Under the pieces are notes generated by a model. That model ran no database searches, had not been told where the DNA came from, and saw nothing but the letters and a program-made list of their open reading frames with translations. A stretch of 64,000 bases of DNA, from NCBI GenBank assembly GCA_046757025.1, contig JBHHXN010000009.1, positions 1-64,000 of the forward strand, in the 5' to 3' direction. The number at the start of each line of letters is the position of its first letter. Within the stretch, counting starts at the first letter, position 1. The position numbers and the translations under genes are program-made. This stretch comes from a bacterium (GTDB taxonomy: Bacteria > Zhuqueibacterota > Zhuqueibacteria > Oceanimicrobiales > Oceanimicrobiaceae). Of this stretch, positions 9,998 to 20,761 are shown in pieces.

Positions 9998-10651
9998 TCA
10001 GCGCAAATCTACCACTTCGGCATCTTTTGGAATTTCAAAAGTGAACAGCGAGTGGGGCAGATCGATATTTTGTTCAACATTTTTAACGTAATAACTGTTG
10101 ACATTGTCGTTGATGTCGGTTTGGACAATTTTTATGGTCAACCAGCTTGCCTTGTCCACCCAGATTATCATGGATTTGATAAACGCCTCCTCATCTTTGG
10201 GAATCAAATTTAATCGGTAGGTCATTTTGTTGTGCAATTTTTCTTCGCCCACAAAGTGAGGTATGAAATCTTCAGAATATTTTAACATCAAATCTCTGGG
10301 CAGCGGATTCTCTTCGGTGTTGCTCAGCAAATCGATGATCACCTGGTTGTTGTTTTTGGAATAGCTCCAGACGGTTTCACCATCGGTAACGACGATTTGA
10401 CTTTCAATTTCAATGCGATAGTGGTTTTCGGCGTTTAAATAAAGCGTACCATTGGTGGTTTGGGTTTCACCTGCCAGCTCCCAAAAGTAAACTTTCTCAA
10501 ATTCTGCTTTTAAAGTTTTGAGCTTGGAATATTTCGTTTTAACTTTTTTTAGTATTTCTTTCGCATTCTCGGTCTTGGTAAAATAACCCGAAACCATGGT
10601 GGCGGGATAGCAACTCAAAGTTAAAACAAAAATTAAAATTGTTCGCAACAT
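9998..10651 (-). CDS. lolA: Outer-membrane lipoprotein carrier LolA
   Basis: Signal peptide, VVTDGETVWSY, C-terminal FTFEIPKDAEVVDLR; directly downstream of ftsK (conserved order). Confidence 0.85.
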   Translation of the reverse strand: MLRTILIFVLTLSCYPATMVSGYFTKTENAKEILKKVKTKYSKLKTLKAEFEKVYFWELAGETQTTNGTLYLNAENHYRIEIESQIVVTDGETVWSYSKNNNQVIIDLLSNTEENPLPRDLMLKYSEDFIPHFVGEEKLHNKMTYRLNLIPKDEEAFIKSMIIWVDKASWLTIKIVQTDINDNVNSYYVKNVEQNIDLPHSLFTFEIPKDAEVVDLR

Positions 10652-10740
10652 ATTTCCTCCAGAGTATATTTATTCTAACTTAAGATATACTCAACTGTTC
10701 CTTTAGCAAAAGAATTAGCCGGATACAACACTTCGTCGTT

Positions 10741-13038
10741 TTATTGCAGCAGCCCCAAATCTTCAAGCTGCGATTCGTCTTCTATCAAAACTTCTCGGGC
10801 TTTGCTGCCATCAAAAGGTCCTACGATACCCGCAGCCTCCAGCTCATCCACCAGCCGTGCAGCGCGTGCATACCCCACTTTTAACCGTCGCTGTAACAAG
10901 GAGATGGACCCCTGTTGATGGCGCACGATCAATTTGGCGGCTTCGTTAAACAGGGCGTCCCGAGAAAAGCCAAACTCGCCATTTTCCAGTCCGCCGCCGG
11001 ACTCTTCCTTATCGACAGGAAGTTTGTGTTTGGGATATTTGGGCTGACTTCGAATGTGCGAAATAATTTTCTCGATTTCCTCTGTTGAGATAAAAGCCCC
11101 ATGCAGTCGGATGGGCTCGGGACTGCCGGACGGCAAAAATAACATATCGCCCATTCCCAATAATTTTTCCGCACCGTTCAGATCCAGAATCGTGCGCGAG
11201 TCGGTTTTGGAAGCCACCTGAAACGCGAGCCGTGCCGGAAAATTGGCTTTAATGACGCCGGTGATCACATCCACAGACGGGCGTTGGGTGGCGACGATTA
11301 GATGGATACCCACCGCGCGCGACATTTGCGTTAAACGCGCGATGGGCTCTTCGACCTCGCGCGCCGCGGTCAACATCAAGTCTGCCAATTCATCGACGAT
11401 GATCACCAGATATTCCAGCGGCTCGAAAGGCTCTTCATTTTCGACAGTTTGTAACTGGCCGGCTTGTAGCCGGCGATTGTAGTCGGCAATGTTTCGGACC
11501 CCTGCCCGTGCTAAAATTTCATAGCGCTGATCCATCACCAACTCAAGACTTTTCAATACCGATATGGCGTTGGCTGCGGTGGTCACCACCTCTTCATTTA
11601 AGTCTTCACGGTAGGTCAGGTGGTGATGTCGCAAGTTGTTAAAAATGGACAATTCAAGTCTTTTGGGATCGATCATCACCATTTGCACCTGCGTGGGGTG
11701 CGCCTTGTACAGAATGCTGGCGATGATGCTGTTCAAACAAATGCTTTTCCCCGAGCCGGTGGCACCTGCGATGAGCAAATGCGGCATGTCGTCCAATCGC
11801 GTCACATAAGGTTCGCCAGAAATGGTTTTGCCCAGTGCCAAAGTTAAAGGCGAAGCCGACTCCTGAAAGGGTTTTGAATTGATCACTTCGATTAAATTGA
11901 CTTTCGAAGGCAATCGGTTGGGGATTTCAATGCCCACGGCGGCTTTGCCGGGAATGGGCGCTACGATTCGGATGCGCTTGGCGCGCATGGCCAGAGCCAG
12001 GTCGTCTGCTAAAGAGGAAATCCGGCTGATTTTAACGCCCGGCGCCGGCTCCACCTCGTAGCGGGTGATTACGGGGCCCGGTCGAATGTCAACCACCTTG
12101 CTTTGCACCCCAAATTCCAGCAGGCGATCTTCCAGTATCTGAGCATTGGCTTCCAGTTCATCTCGAGAGAGCACATCGGGTGTCTGCTCCGGCTCTGAAA
12201 GCAGATCAAGCGGCGGGTATTTGTAATTATTTTTTGCCGGCACTGGTGGCGGTGTCTGAAAGTTGCTTGCGCTGGTGGAGGGCTTCTGGTTGTTCAACTC
12301 TATTTCTAATTGCGATTCTTTTTTAGGCGAAGCCATTTCTTTGGTGGCCGATGTAAGCGCCGTTTTCTCACCTCTGGTTGGTGAGTGCCAGTCCTGTCCA
12401 CTGTGAACGGGAGGTTCGGCGGCGGCTTTTTTCAATTTGCGCTGTTTTTTAGCCCGGGCAAGATTCGCTCTGATTGCTCCAAAGCTCGAAGCAAAGCGCA
12501 TGCTTAACTCAGATAAAAGTCCAGACATGCTGTAATTTGTGGCACTGATGACGGTCACAATAATTAGTGCAAACAAAATCACCACGCTGCCGGCTGTGCC
12601 AAGATAGTTAAAAAGGGTTTGCGCGATCAGCCCGCCGACCAGTCCCGAGAGGGAGAATCCTAACTCAGAAAAATCAGAAGAGACCACCGCCGGAATGGCT
12701 AGGATAATCGAAGTGTACAGTGCAAAAATAAACAGGTAGGCCGACCAGCGCAGGGCGTTGCTCAGCGGGTGCCCGCGCATCAGGTTCCAACCGATCAACA
12801 AAATGATTACTGGAAATACAAATGAAGGATAACCGATGACAAATTTGATGAGAAAGTACGAAATGTAGATCCCCGCCAGGCCCAATTGATTCTCTATTTG
12901 GCCAACCGTGAAGTGACCCGGGGTTTCATGGGAATGGTGGCTAACCAGACTCACTAAAATGAGAATTCCAAATGTGATCATCAAAATTCCCAGAATCTCT
13001 TCCTGTCGGGATTGCCTGTTGTTTTTCCGGCGACTCAT
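10741..13038 (-). CDS. ftsK: DNA translocase FtsK
   Basis: N-terminal TM region, PHLLIAGATGSGKS, IVDELADLM, ATQRPSVDVITG, gamma domain LQRRLKVGYARAARL; start placed at ATG 13038. Confidence 0.97.
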   Translation of the reverse strand: MSRRKNNRQSRQEEILGILMITFGILILVSLVSHHSHETPGHFTVGQIENQLGLAGIYISYFLIKFVIGYPSFVFPVIILLIGWNLMRGHPLSNALRWSAYLFIFALYTSIILAIPAVVSSDFSELGFSLSGLVGGLIAQTLFNYLGTAGSVVILFALIIVTVISATNYSMSGLLSELSMRFASSFGAIRANLARAKKQRKLKKAAAEPPVHSGQDWHSPTRGEKTALTSATKEMASPKKESQLEIELNNQKPSTSASNFQTPPPVPAKNNYKYPPLDLLSEPEQTPDVLSRDELEANAQILEDRLLEFGVQSKVVDIRPGPVITRYEVEPAPGVKISRISSLADDLALAMRAKRIRIVAPIPGKAAVGIEIPNRLPSKVNLIEVINSKPFQESASPLTLALGKTISGEPYVTRLDDMPHLLIAGATGSGKSICLNSIIASILYKAHPTQVQMVMIDPKRLELSIFNNLRHHHLTYREDLNEEVVTTAANAISVLKSLELVMDQRYEILARAGVRNIADYNRRLQAGQLQTVENEEPFEPLEYLVIIVDELADLMLTAAREVEEPIARLTQMSRAVGIHLIVATQRPSVDVITGVIKANFPARLAFQVASKTDSRTILDLNGAEKLLGMGDMLFLPSGSPEPIRLHGAFISTEEIEKIISHIRSQPKYPKHKLPVDKEESGGGLENGEFGFSRDALFNEAAKLIVRHQQGSISLLQRRLKVGYARAARLVDELEAAGIVGPFDGSKAREVLIEDESQLEDLGLLQ

Positions 13039-13057
13039 GATGAATGGCTCATCTTTG

Positions 13058-13717
13058 TTATTTGTCAATTTTTGATTTTGCTTGTTTAACGACTGTTGAA
13101 AAATCTTTAGTACGCTGATACACATCTTCCGTATCGAGCAAAGCGGAAATCACAGCAACGCCGTCTGCTCCGGCCTGAATCACCGGCTGCAGGTTATCGA
13201 TTTTGATGCCGCCGATTGCCACCATGGGCAAATGGGTTAACGGACGCAGCTTTGCGATGATCTCCACACCGGCTACAGACAGGTTATCCTTTGTTCGGGT
13301 AGAATAAATCGTCCCGACCCCCAGGTAATCCGCGCCGGCCGAAACCGACCGTTCGAGTTCCGCAAGATTGTGCACCGAAGCCCCGATGATCATCGAGTCC
13401 CCCAACATTTTTTTTGCAGCCGGAATGGGTAAATCCTTCTGACCCAAATGCACACCTTCCGCCTCGATGGCCAGGGCGATATCTAAACGGTCATTGATGA
13501 TGAGTGGAATGTCAAACTGACCGGTGATTTCTTTTACCAGTAAGGCATCCTCGTAATAATCTTTTGCTGGCGAAAATTTATTGCGCAATTGGACGACGGT
13601 GGCCCCGCCTTTGATGAGCTCTTCCGTCAGAATTGAGATTGAACGATTTCGAACAAACTCTTTATCGAGAATGGCATATAAAGACCAGTCGATCATCTCG
13701 ATGTCAATAGCCCGCAA
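13058..13717 (-). CDS. thiE: Thiamine-phosphate synthase
   Basis: QLRNK, INDR, GVHLGQKD, STRTK and AIGGI motifs; start could be ATG 13696. Confidence 0.93.
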   Translation of the reverse strand: MRAIDIEMIDWSLYAILDKEFVRNRSISILTEELIKGGATVVQLRNKFSPAKDYYEDALLVKEITGQFDIPLIINDRLDIALAIEAEGVHLGQKDLPIPAAKKMLGDSMIIGASVHNLAELERSVSAGADYLGVGTIYSTRTKDNLSVAGVEIIAKLRPLTHLPMVAIGGIKIDNLQPVIQAGADGVAVISALLDTEDVYQRTKDFSTVVKQAKSKIDK

Positions 13718-13720
13718 AAG

Positions 13721-14815
13721 TTAGTAGGGTCGCAGGTAAAAAGGTGTTTTTACGACTTCGGCAGGCACCCGTTTCTGCCTGATTTCGATGGAGATGGCCA
13801 TGCCGATCTCATGGTAAGGTGCGTTTATATAGCCGATTCCAATGCCTTTTTCCAGACTCGGTGAAAAAGTGCCGCTGGTGACATAGCCCACCTCCAAGCT
13901 ATCTTTGAATATTTTATAACCGTGCCGGGGAAAAGCGCGGTCTTTTAACTGAAAACCCACGAGTTTTCGTCTGGCGCCATTTTGCTTGATATTTTGAATG
14001 GCTTGTCTGCCCACGAAATCTCCTTTGTCGATTTTGGTTATCCAGGCCAGGCCGGCTTCGATGGGATTGGTGGTTTCATCGATATCGTTGCCGTAAAGAC
14101 AGTATTTCATTTCCAGACGCAGCGTATCACGCGCTGCCAGCCCGATGGGCTCGATTCCGAATTCGGCGCCGGCCTGTAAAATGGCATTCCAGACCTCCAC
14201 GGAATATTTCACGTTCACCCCGATTTCAAAACCGTCTTCGCCAGTGTAGCCGGTTCGTGCGATAATGGCCGGCACGCCGGCTACATTCCCTTCGCGAAAC
14301 CAGTAAAATTTTATCTGAGACAGATCCACGCTTGTGACTTTTTGCAGTGTGGTTTCGGCATTTCGACCCTGAACGGCAAAGAGACTGAATTCGTCGCTTC
14401 TATCGGAGAGCTCAACCCCTTCGGTTAAATGTTTTTTCATCCATTCAAAATCTTTTGCACGATTGGCCGCGTTGACTATGGCCATAAATCGATCCTCAAA
14501 GCAATACAGGATCAAATCGTCCACCATGCCGCCGTTTTCATAACACATGCCCGTGTATTGAGCGCGATTGGGTACCAGTCTCGAAACGTCGTTTATGGTG
14601 AGTCGTTGTAAAAAGTCCTCCGCCTTTGGGCCTGCAATAAAAAATGTACCCATGTGAGAAACGTCAAAAATGCCTACAGAATTTCGAACTGTGCGATGCT
14701 CTTCTAAAATACCTTTGTATTGTACGGGCATTAAAAAACCGGCGAACTCCACCATTTTGGCGCCCAGTTTTACGTGCGTGTCGTAAAGCGCTGTTTTTTG
14801 CGGTTGCAAAATCAT
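13721..14815 (-). CDS. gcvT: Glycine cleavage system aminomethyltransferase T
   Basis: FDVSHMG, RTGYTGEDGFE, ARDTLRLE and VTSGTFSP motifs. Confidence 0.97.
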   Translation of the reverse strand: MILQPQKTALYDTHVKLGAKMVEFAGFLMPVQYKGILEEHRTVRNSVGIFDVSHMGTFFIAGPKAEDFLQRLTINDVSRLVPNRAQYTGMCYENGGMVDDLILYCFEDRFMAIVNAANRAKDFEWMKKHLTEGVELSDRSDEFSLFAVQGRNAETTLQKVTSVDLSQIKFYWFREGNVAGVPAIIARTGYTGEDGFEIGVNVKYSVEVWNAILQAGAEFGIEPIGLAARDTLRLEMKYCLYGNDIDETTNPIEAGLAWITKIDKGDFVGRQAIQNIKQNGARRKLVGFQLKDRAFPRHGYKIFKDSLEVGYVTSGTFSPSLEKGIGIGYINAPYHEIGMAISIEIRQKRVPAEVVKTPFYLRPY

Positions 14816-14851
14816 CTCCTCATCTCAAATCGGAAGGTTTTTTAATGGGGG

Positions 14852-16015
14852 TTAAATTTTTTGCAGGGCGTTTTTTATTCGCTCCAGCCCCTCTGTAATG
14901 TTCGCGATGGAATTCGCATACGAAAGCCTTAGATAACCGTCTCCATATTTACCGAATGCGGTTCCGGAAAGAACGGCCACTTCCGCTTCGTTCAGCAAAT
15001 AATGTTCGAGTTCCTGAGAGCTCATGTGGATAGTTTTCACATTCGGAAAAACATAAAAAGCGCCTTTGGGCATGATGCAGCTTATCCCTGGGATGTCATT
15101 CAATCCGGCTACGATGACTTCACGACGTTTTTTAAATTCGGTAACCATGGCGTCCACTTCTTCGGTGGGCCCTTTCAGAGCCTGAATTGCGGCGTACTGT
15201 GAAAAAGTCGCGGTGCATGAATTGCAGTTGATCATTAAACGTTCCACTCTTCTGGCGATTTCTTTGGGCATCACGCCGAATCCCAGCCGCCAGCCAGTCA
15301 TGGCATACGTCTTGGAGAAGCCGTCCAGTAAAACGGTATTTTCCTTCATACCCGGAATGGAGTAGATGCTTTCATTCACACCGTCGTAAACGATGTTTTT
15401 ATACACTTCGTCGGATAAAACTAAAATATTTTTTTCTTTGGCTATTTCAGCCACCACTTCCACATCTTTTTTAGTTAAGATGCCACCGGTGGGGTTTTGC
15501 GGCGAATTGATGATGATCAGGCGCGTGCGCTGGGTCACCAAATTGCGCAGCTCATCTAGGTTAAAGCGAAAATCGTTTTCTTCCCACAAAGGCAGCGGCA
15601 CCGGCGTGCCGCCAACAAATTTTATCGCCGACTCATAAATCGGAAAACCGGGGTTAGGATAGATCACTTCATCGCCTTTTTCAATGCAGGCTAATATTAA
15701 AAAGAACATGATGGGTTTGGCTCCGGGAGTGACGACGACCTCTTCTACTTTCGGTCGCACGCCACGTCGCGCGTAAACGTCTTCCACAATCGCTTCTCGC
15801 AATGGCATGATGCCGGCCGCGGGAGAATAGTGTGTTTGACCTTCGTGCAATGCTTTCACACCGGCTTCGATAATGTGTTGTGGTGTGGTAAAGTCGGGTT
15901 CACCGATCTGCAAATGGATGATGTGTTTGCCTTGCGCTTCTAATGCTTTTGCCCTGGCCATGACTTCAAAGGCGGTTTCCGTACCTAAACGATTCATTCT
16001 TTCGGCAAAAATCAT
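14852..16015 (-). CDS. Class I PLP aminotransferase (aspartate aminotransferase-like)
   Basis: IGEPDF, NSPQNPTG, SDEVY and SKTYAMTGWRLG. Confidence 0.93.
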   Translation of the reverse strand: MIFAERMNRLGTETAFEVMARAKALEAQGKHIIHLQIGEPDFTTPQHIIEAGVKALHEGQTHYSPAAGIMPLREAIVEDVYARRGVRPKVEEVVVTPGAKPIMFFLILACIEKGDEVIYPNPGFPIYESAIKFVGGTPVPLPLWEENDFRFNLDELRNLVTQRTRLIIINSPQNPTGGILTKKDVEVVAEIAKEKNILVLSDEVYKNIVYDGVNESIYSIPGMKENTVLLDGFSKTYAMTGWRLGFGVMPKEIARRVERLMINCNSCTATFSQYAAIQALKGPTEEVDAMVTEFKKRREVIVAGLNDIPGISCIMPKGAFYVFPNVKTIHMSSQELEHYLLNEAEVAVLSGTAFGKYGDGYLRLSYANSIANITEGLERIKNALQKI

Positions 16016-16258
16016 AGTATCAATTCCCCTGTTTTAATTAAAATTATCTTCAACATAATTACCGATATTGTTCGGCCTAAAACGCGATCGAAAATCGACG
16101 CAAATGGTTAATTTATCGTTTCTGGTTTGAGATGCCTTGTTTAAATAATTGCACCACCATTCATTTTGTTCAAACTGGTGGCCGGCGCGGCTCTCGTAAA
16201 CCTCTTAATTGTTGGGAAAAGATAGTAAAAATTACCTCAATAGTCAAGAAATACCCAT

Positions 16259-16292
16259 AAAAAACCAGCGCGAGAAATCAACGCTGGTTCTT
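16259..16292 (-). terminator. Rho-independent terminator after rseP
   Basis: aaccagcg...cgctggtt hairpin with a U-tract on the minus strand. Confidence 0.7.
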
Positions 16293-16349
16293 CAAAATAA
16301 ACAGCAACTAAGCTATTTTTTTTCACGTGTGAGATTCGTTGCAATCTCA

Positions 16350-17396
16350 TTACAAGATTCGGCGCAGATCATTGAAGATAACGAAAACCATCAACGCTAA
16401 CAAAAAGGCCATACCGATTTTTTGAACCGTGACTTTGGTTTTGATGGACAGCGGCTTTCTTCTAATACCTTCGATGAGTAAAAATACCAGATGTCCGCCA
16501 TCCAGCACGGGAAATGGTAGCATGTTGAACATACCTAAATTCAGACTAATGAATGCTGTGAAAGCCAGCAGAGCTTGCATGCCCATTTTCGCGGTTTCGC
16601 CGGCCATTTTTGCGATAATTATGGGCCCGCCAATGGCGTCTTTCAGAGATTCTTTCCCGACCACGATCATTTTTAAAGAGTAAGCCACTAGTTTTACCAG
16701 GGTATAAGACCGGCTCAACCCATACTTGAAGGCCGCTACCATCCCGAGCTCCTGATGTTCAAACCTCGGTGCGATGCCGATCAAACCAATATGGCTATTG
16801 GGCTGCCGTTCCGGCGTCACTTTACTCACATACTTTTGGTCGTCACGCAACCACTCGATTTCTACCTCAACTTCTGGTTTGTTGTGAATGATTTGCGTCA
16901 GCTCTGACCAGGTACTTACCGGTTGTCCATCAACCGCGGTGATGATATCCCCTGGCAGCAGACCGATGGTTTGCGCTGGTTTGTCTGGCATCAATTCGCC
17001 AACTTCCGTGGTACCAAGGGGCACATCCATACCGCTGTGATAAAATATCATCGAATAGATAAAAATTGCGGTGAGAATATTCATGATGGAACCGGCTGAA
17101 ATGACGATGATTCTCTGCCAAACCGGCTTGGATTGATATTCCCAGGGCTCGCCGGTAATTTCGGCATCCAGACTTTCGTCCACCATGCCGGCCATTTTTA
17201 CATACCCACCCAGGGGCAGCCAGGAAATGCAATAATCGGTTTCGCCGATTTTTTTACCCACCATACGCGGCGGGAATCCCAGAGAAAATCTTTCTACTCG
17301 AATTCCCACCAGTTTGGCAGTTAAAAAATGCCCCAATTCGTGTACGAAAATTAATAGACCTAAAACAAAAATAAAGGACAAACCTGTGGTTAACAT
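16350..17396 (-). CDS. rseP: RIP metalloprotease RseP
   Basis: HELGH, PLGGYVKM, PDZ domain, NMLPFPVLDGGH. Confidence 0.95.
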   Translation of the reverse strand: MLTTGLSFIFVLGLLIFVHELGHFLTAKLVGIRVERFSLGFPPRMVGKKIGETDYCISWLPLGGYVKMAGMVDESLDAEITGEPWEYQSKPVWQRIIVISAGSIMNILTAIFIYSMIFYHSGMDVPLGTTEVGELMPDKPAQTIGLLPGDIITAVDGQPVSTWSELTQIIHNKPEVEVEIEWLRDDQKYVSKVTPERQPNSHIGLIGIAPRFEHQELGMVAAFKYGLSRSYTLVKLVAYSLKMIVVGKESLKDAIGGPIIIAKMAGETAKMGMQALLAFTAFISLNLGMFNMLPFPVLDGGHLVFLLIEGIRRKPLSIKTKVTVQKIGMAFLLALMVFVIFNDLRRIL

Positions 17397-17420
17397 TTAA
17401 ACCTCTCAAATTATACTAAA

Positions 17421-18572
17421 TCAGTTACGATATTTATTTCGGACATATTCCCTGGTGAATTGATCATAATTCAACATTTCTTCAACTTTATCTACGCTAT
17501 TATACGAACAGTTGGTCAGGGCATCTTCAACAATTTGTGCAATTTGGTCAAAACGAATTTTTCGCTTTAAAAATAAATACACGGCTTCTTCATTGGCGGC
17601 GTTTAAAATGGCCGGTGCGGCGCCACCGGCTTTAAGAGCTTCATAGGAAAGCTTGAGACACAAAAATTTTTCTAAATTAGGTTTTTCGAATGTGAGCTCT
17701 TTGAGTTGTGAAAGATTGAGTCGGGGTAAATCCATGGGCAATCTTTCGGGGAAGGTTAAAGCATACTGAATAGGGATGCGCATATCCGGGATTCCAAGCT
17801 GCGCTTTGATGGCGCCATCCGTAAATTCCACCATGCTGTGAATGATCGATTGCGGGTGAATTACCACTTCGATTTTGCGCACATCCAAGTCGAACAGCCA
17901 GTGCGCTTCGATGACTTCTAACCCTTTGTTCATCAGCGTGGCCGAGTCGATGGTGATTTTCTCGCCCATTTCCCAATTGGGATGGTTCAGAGCCTGCTCC
18001 ACCGTCACAGTGGAGAAATCATCATACGGACGGTCTCTAAATGGGCCGCCGGATGCGGTCAAAATGATGGAGCGAATGCTGTTCTCGTCTTCGCCGGTCA
18101 GGCACTGGAGAAGCGCACTGTGCTCGCTATCGATGGGCAGGATTTCGACACCCAACCTGCGTGCTTTTTCCACAACAAACTGCCCGCCGATCACCAGCGT
18201 TTCTTTGTTTGCCAGGGCGATACGGCGATTCTTTTGAATGGCATTTAAAGTCGGTTGCAGACCGATGGCGCCCACCAGGGCATTGACAAGAACGTCGATA
18301 TCCTCTCTGCGGCTGATCTCGATGATGCCTTCAAATCCCGGATATATTTCAACCCCGATCTGTTTGAATTTATCAAAATATTCCTGATGCGCCTCTTCTT
18401 TGAAAATAGCCACTGCTTTCGGGCGAAATTTTTTCGCCTGCTCAAACAAGAGGGCAATATTTTGGTAGGCCGTCAGGTATTGAACTTCAAATTGTTGGGA
18501 TTGCGATTCAATGACGTGCAAGCAATTGGTGCCAATTGAACCGGTGGAACCCAGAATGCTGACTTTTTTCAT
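17421..18572 (-). CDS. dxr: 1-deoxy-D-xylulose-5-phosphate reductoisomerase
   Basis: LGSTGSIG, LANKE, PIDSEH, TASGGPFR, HPNWEMG.KITIDSATLMNKGLE. Confidence 0.98.
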   Translation of the reverse strand: MKKVSILGSTGSIGTNCLHVIESQSQQFEVQYLTAYQNIALLFEQAKKFRPKAVAIFKEEAHQEYFDKFKQIGVEIYPGFEGIIEISRREDIDVLVNALVGAIGLQPTLNAIQKNRRIALANKETLVIGGQFVVEKARRLGVEILPIDSEHSALLQCLTGEDENSIRSIILTASGGPFRDRPYDDFSTVTVEQALNHPNWEMGEKITIDSATLMNKGLEVIEAHWLFDLDVRKIEVVIHPQSIIHSMVEFTDGAIKAQLGIPDMRIPIQYALTFPERLPMDLPRLNLSQLKELTFEKPNLEKFLCLKLSYEALKAGGAAPAILNAANEEAVYLFLKRKIRFDQIAQIVEDALTNCSYNSVDKVEEMLNYDQFTREYVRNKYRN

Positions 18573-18593
18573 TTAATTGCTACGACCATAAAA

Positions 18594-19415
18594 TTATCGA
18601 AAGCTGATCCCGATTCCCAAAGCAAAGCTGTTAAATTCACTGATGTTGTAAGAGCCGTTTACGTGAACCAGCGGTAGAATACTCATATTGGCACCGATTG
18701 TGAGGTGCGTGACATTTTCCGTGAAACTCTTGCCGTTTAAAAATTCGTCATTCAATGTAAGTCGGGTGATGTCTATTCCGCCGCCCACATAAAGCGTTAA
18801 CAGCGGTAGAGATTGACTGGCAACGGCTTTTAAACTAAAAGTACTCACCGTGCCGAAATCGAATTCTTCAGGGACGAACAAAGCGTGATAGGCGCCCATG
18901 AGCGTAATTTTGGGCAGGGCAGGCATTTGCAAAAGTCCGTATTTTAAACCGCCGCCGATCAAGGTGACTCCGCCGCGGCTGTCGGCCGCTCTCGGCGGGC
19001 TCGCATCAATTTTTGCGCTGCTGCCAATGGGCAGGTAGAAAAATCGACCCATCACTTCGAAATTACCCGGCAGACCCAGACTGCCGTGTAAAAATGCCAG
19101 GCCGACTAAATCTTCTTCGGAAAACACCGGCAGACTGGCGAAATCGCCTTCCTTAAATTTATCCGGCACCATGGCCAGCACGCCACGCAATCCTACATCC
19201 ACGCCGCCTACGCTGTGCAAATCGGCTGTGTGAAAAAGTCCGCCCCCCACAATGGAGCCAAAAAACTTGAGAATGGCCTCGACTTCCAGCTCAATTTGAT
19301 CTGTGGTCAAGCTGGTAGTTGAATCTTTAAATTTAAAATATTGTGCCTGGGCATTGCTTATGGATAAAACGGTGAACACAGTGACAACAACTAAAAAAGT
19401 TAATTTTTTTGTCAT
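18594..19415 (-). CDS. Putative outer-membrane beta-barrel protein (DUF6588-like)
   Basis: Signal peptide, alternating amphipathic strands, C-terminal GIGISFR beta-signal. Confidence 0.55.
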   Translation of the reverse strand: MTKKLTFLVVVTVFTVLSISNAQAQYFKFKDSTTSLTTDQIELEVEAILKFFGSIVGGGLFHTADLHSVGGVDVGLRGVLAMVPDKFKEGDFASLPVFSEEDLVGLAFLHGSLGLPGNFEVMGRFFYLPIGSSAKIDASPPRAADSRGGVTLIGGGLKYGLLQMPALPKITLMGAYHALFVPEEFDFGTVSTFSLKAVASQSLPLLTLYVGGGIDITRLTLNDEFLNGKSFTENVTHLTIGANMSILPLVHVNGSYNISEFNSFALGIGISFR

Positions 19416-20233
19416 GGCTTCCTCCTGAAATCAATGAAGTTCGATTTCATCAATTCGATCTGTTTTTGTTCATCTGAATTCAAAGGTTTTTCAACAAGAT
19501 TTACGCAAAAATATTTTTCAAATCCCCATCGCAATTTGGGTACCAGTGATTCGTAACGAACTTTCTGTTTTAGGATAGTTTCAATACAAACGGTTTTCTT
19601 TCGCAATTGTTCCCGGTGTTTTAACGCCTCTCCGTTATTGTTTGATGACAAATATTCAAATATTTTCAAATGGTCATTCCCAAGCAAAATAGAGCCGTGC
19701 TGAAGAACAGCAGAGTCAAATCTTCGCTGAGCGCTGCCGACCAATTTTTGGGCCTGCCACTGAATTTCATATTTTGCTGAAGTCGCAAAACAGGCAAATT
19801 TGTGGTTGTAATTTGCAAAGGCGGGATCCGAATGGATTCTACTTTGCAAATCCACCGGCAGTCCGATCTGCCGTAAGCCCGAAACCAGGGCGAGGCTTAT
19901 TTTATTATACAGTTCAATGGAATTATTTGCAAATAATGGGCTCTGTTTGGGAATGACCACACAGTAAGTAAGCTCGTGAGCGTGAAATATGGCTCGTCCA
20001 CCAGTGGGTCTCTTAACGACCTCAATTCCGTCCTTTTGACATTTCGCGAGGTCGATTTCCTCCGGCCTCTGGTTGTACCCCACTGAAATGGCATACGGTT
20101 GCCAGCGATAGACACGTAAAACTGGCCACCTTTGAGCGGTTTTTGCCAATACTACGTCGGCGGCCATATTAAAGGCTGCGTTCGCCGAACCGCTGTCAAT
20201 AAAGCGCCAACTATTTTCTGTTCGTGTTTGCAA
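19412..20233 (-). CDS. Lipoate-protein ligase / octanoyltransferase (LplA/LipM family)
   Basis: NMAAD, RPTGGRAIFH, KLVGSAQ and LQHGS motifs. Confidence 0.9.
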   Translation of the reverse strand: MQTRTENSWRFIDSGSANAAFNMAADVVLAKTAQRWPVLRVYRWQPYAISVGYNQRPEEIDLAKCQKDGIEVVKRPTGGRAIFHAHELTYCVVIPKQSPLFANNSIELYNKISLALVSGLRQIGLPVDLQSRIHSDPAFANYNHKFACFATSAKYEIQWQAQKLVGSAQRRFDSAVLQHGSILLGNDHLKIFEYLSSNNNGEALKHREQLRKKTVCIETILKQKVRYESLVPKLRWGFEKYFCVNLVEKPLNSDEQKQIELMKSNFIDFRRKP

Positions 20234-20266
20234 TAAACTAACGTTTGGTATTCATTGAGCGGAGTT

Positions 20267-20761
20267 CTAATCGCGATCGACGATGGCTGCAGAAAGTTCA
20301 GCTTCACACACCAGCTCGTTTCCTACAAAGGCTTTGCCGCTCATTTTACATAAGGACAAACGAAATTTGAGCAGGTCCATTTCCATGCGAAGCTGGTCGC
20401 CGGGGCGCACCGGTTTTCTGAATTTCACTTTGTCGATGCCGGTAAAATAGGCCAATTTATCCGCCGTATCTTGCTGTGAGCTTAAAAGCATGAGGCCGCC
20501 GGTCTGGGCCATGGCTTCCAGAATCAGTACCCCAGGCATAACCGGATGACCGGGAAAATGCCCCGGGAAAAAGGGTTCATTCAGCGTGACGTTTTTGATG
20601 CCGACCACGCGCTTCATGGGTTCAAGTTCAATGACTTTGTCAACCAGCAAAAACGGGTATCGGTGAGGCAGTATTTTTTGAATGGCGGTCGTGTCCAGCT
20701 CTCCGGTCGATCCTAATGAATTGTTCAGATTCGGCTCTTTTGCGTCTGGTTGATTTTGCAT
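20267..20761 (-). CDS. fabZ: 3-hydroxyacyl-ACP dehydratase FabZ (stand-alone)
   Basis: LPHRYPFLLVD, GHFPGHPVMPGVLILEAMAQ and FRKPVRPGD. Confidence 0.97.
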   Translation of the reverse strand: MQNQPDAKEPNLNNSLGSTGELDTTAIQKILPHRYPFLLVDKVIELEPMKRVVGIKNVTLNEPFFPGHFPGHPVMPGVLILEAMAQTGGLMLLSSQQDTADKLAYFTGIDKVKFRKPVRPGDQLRMEMDLLKFRLSLCKMSGKAFVGNELVCEAELSAAIVDRD

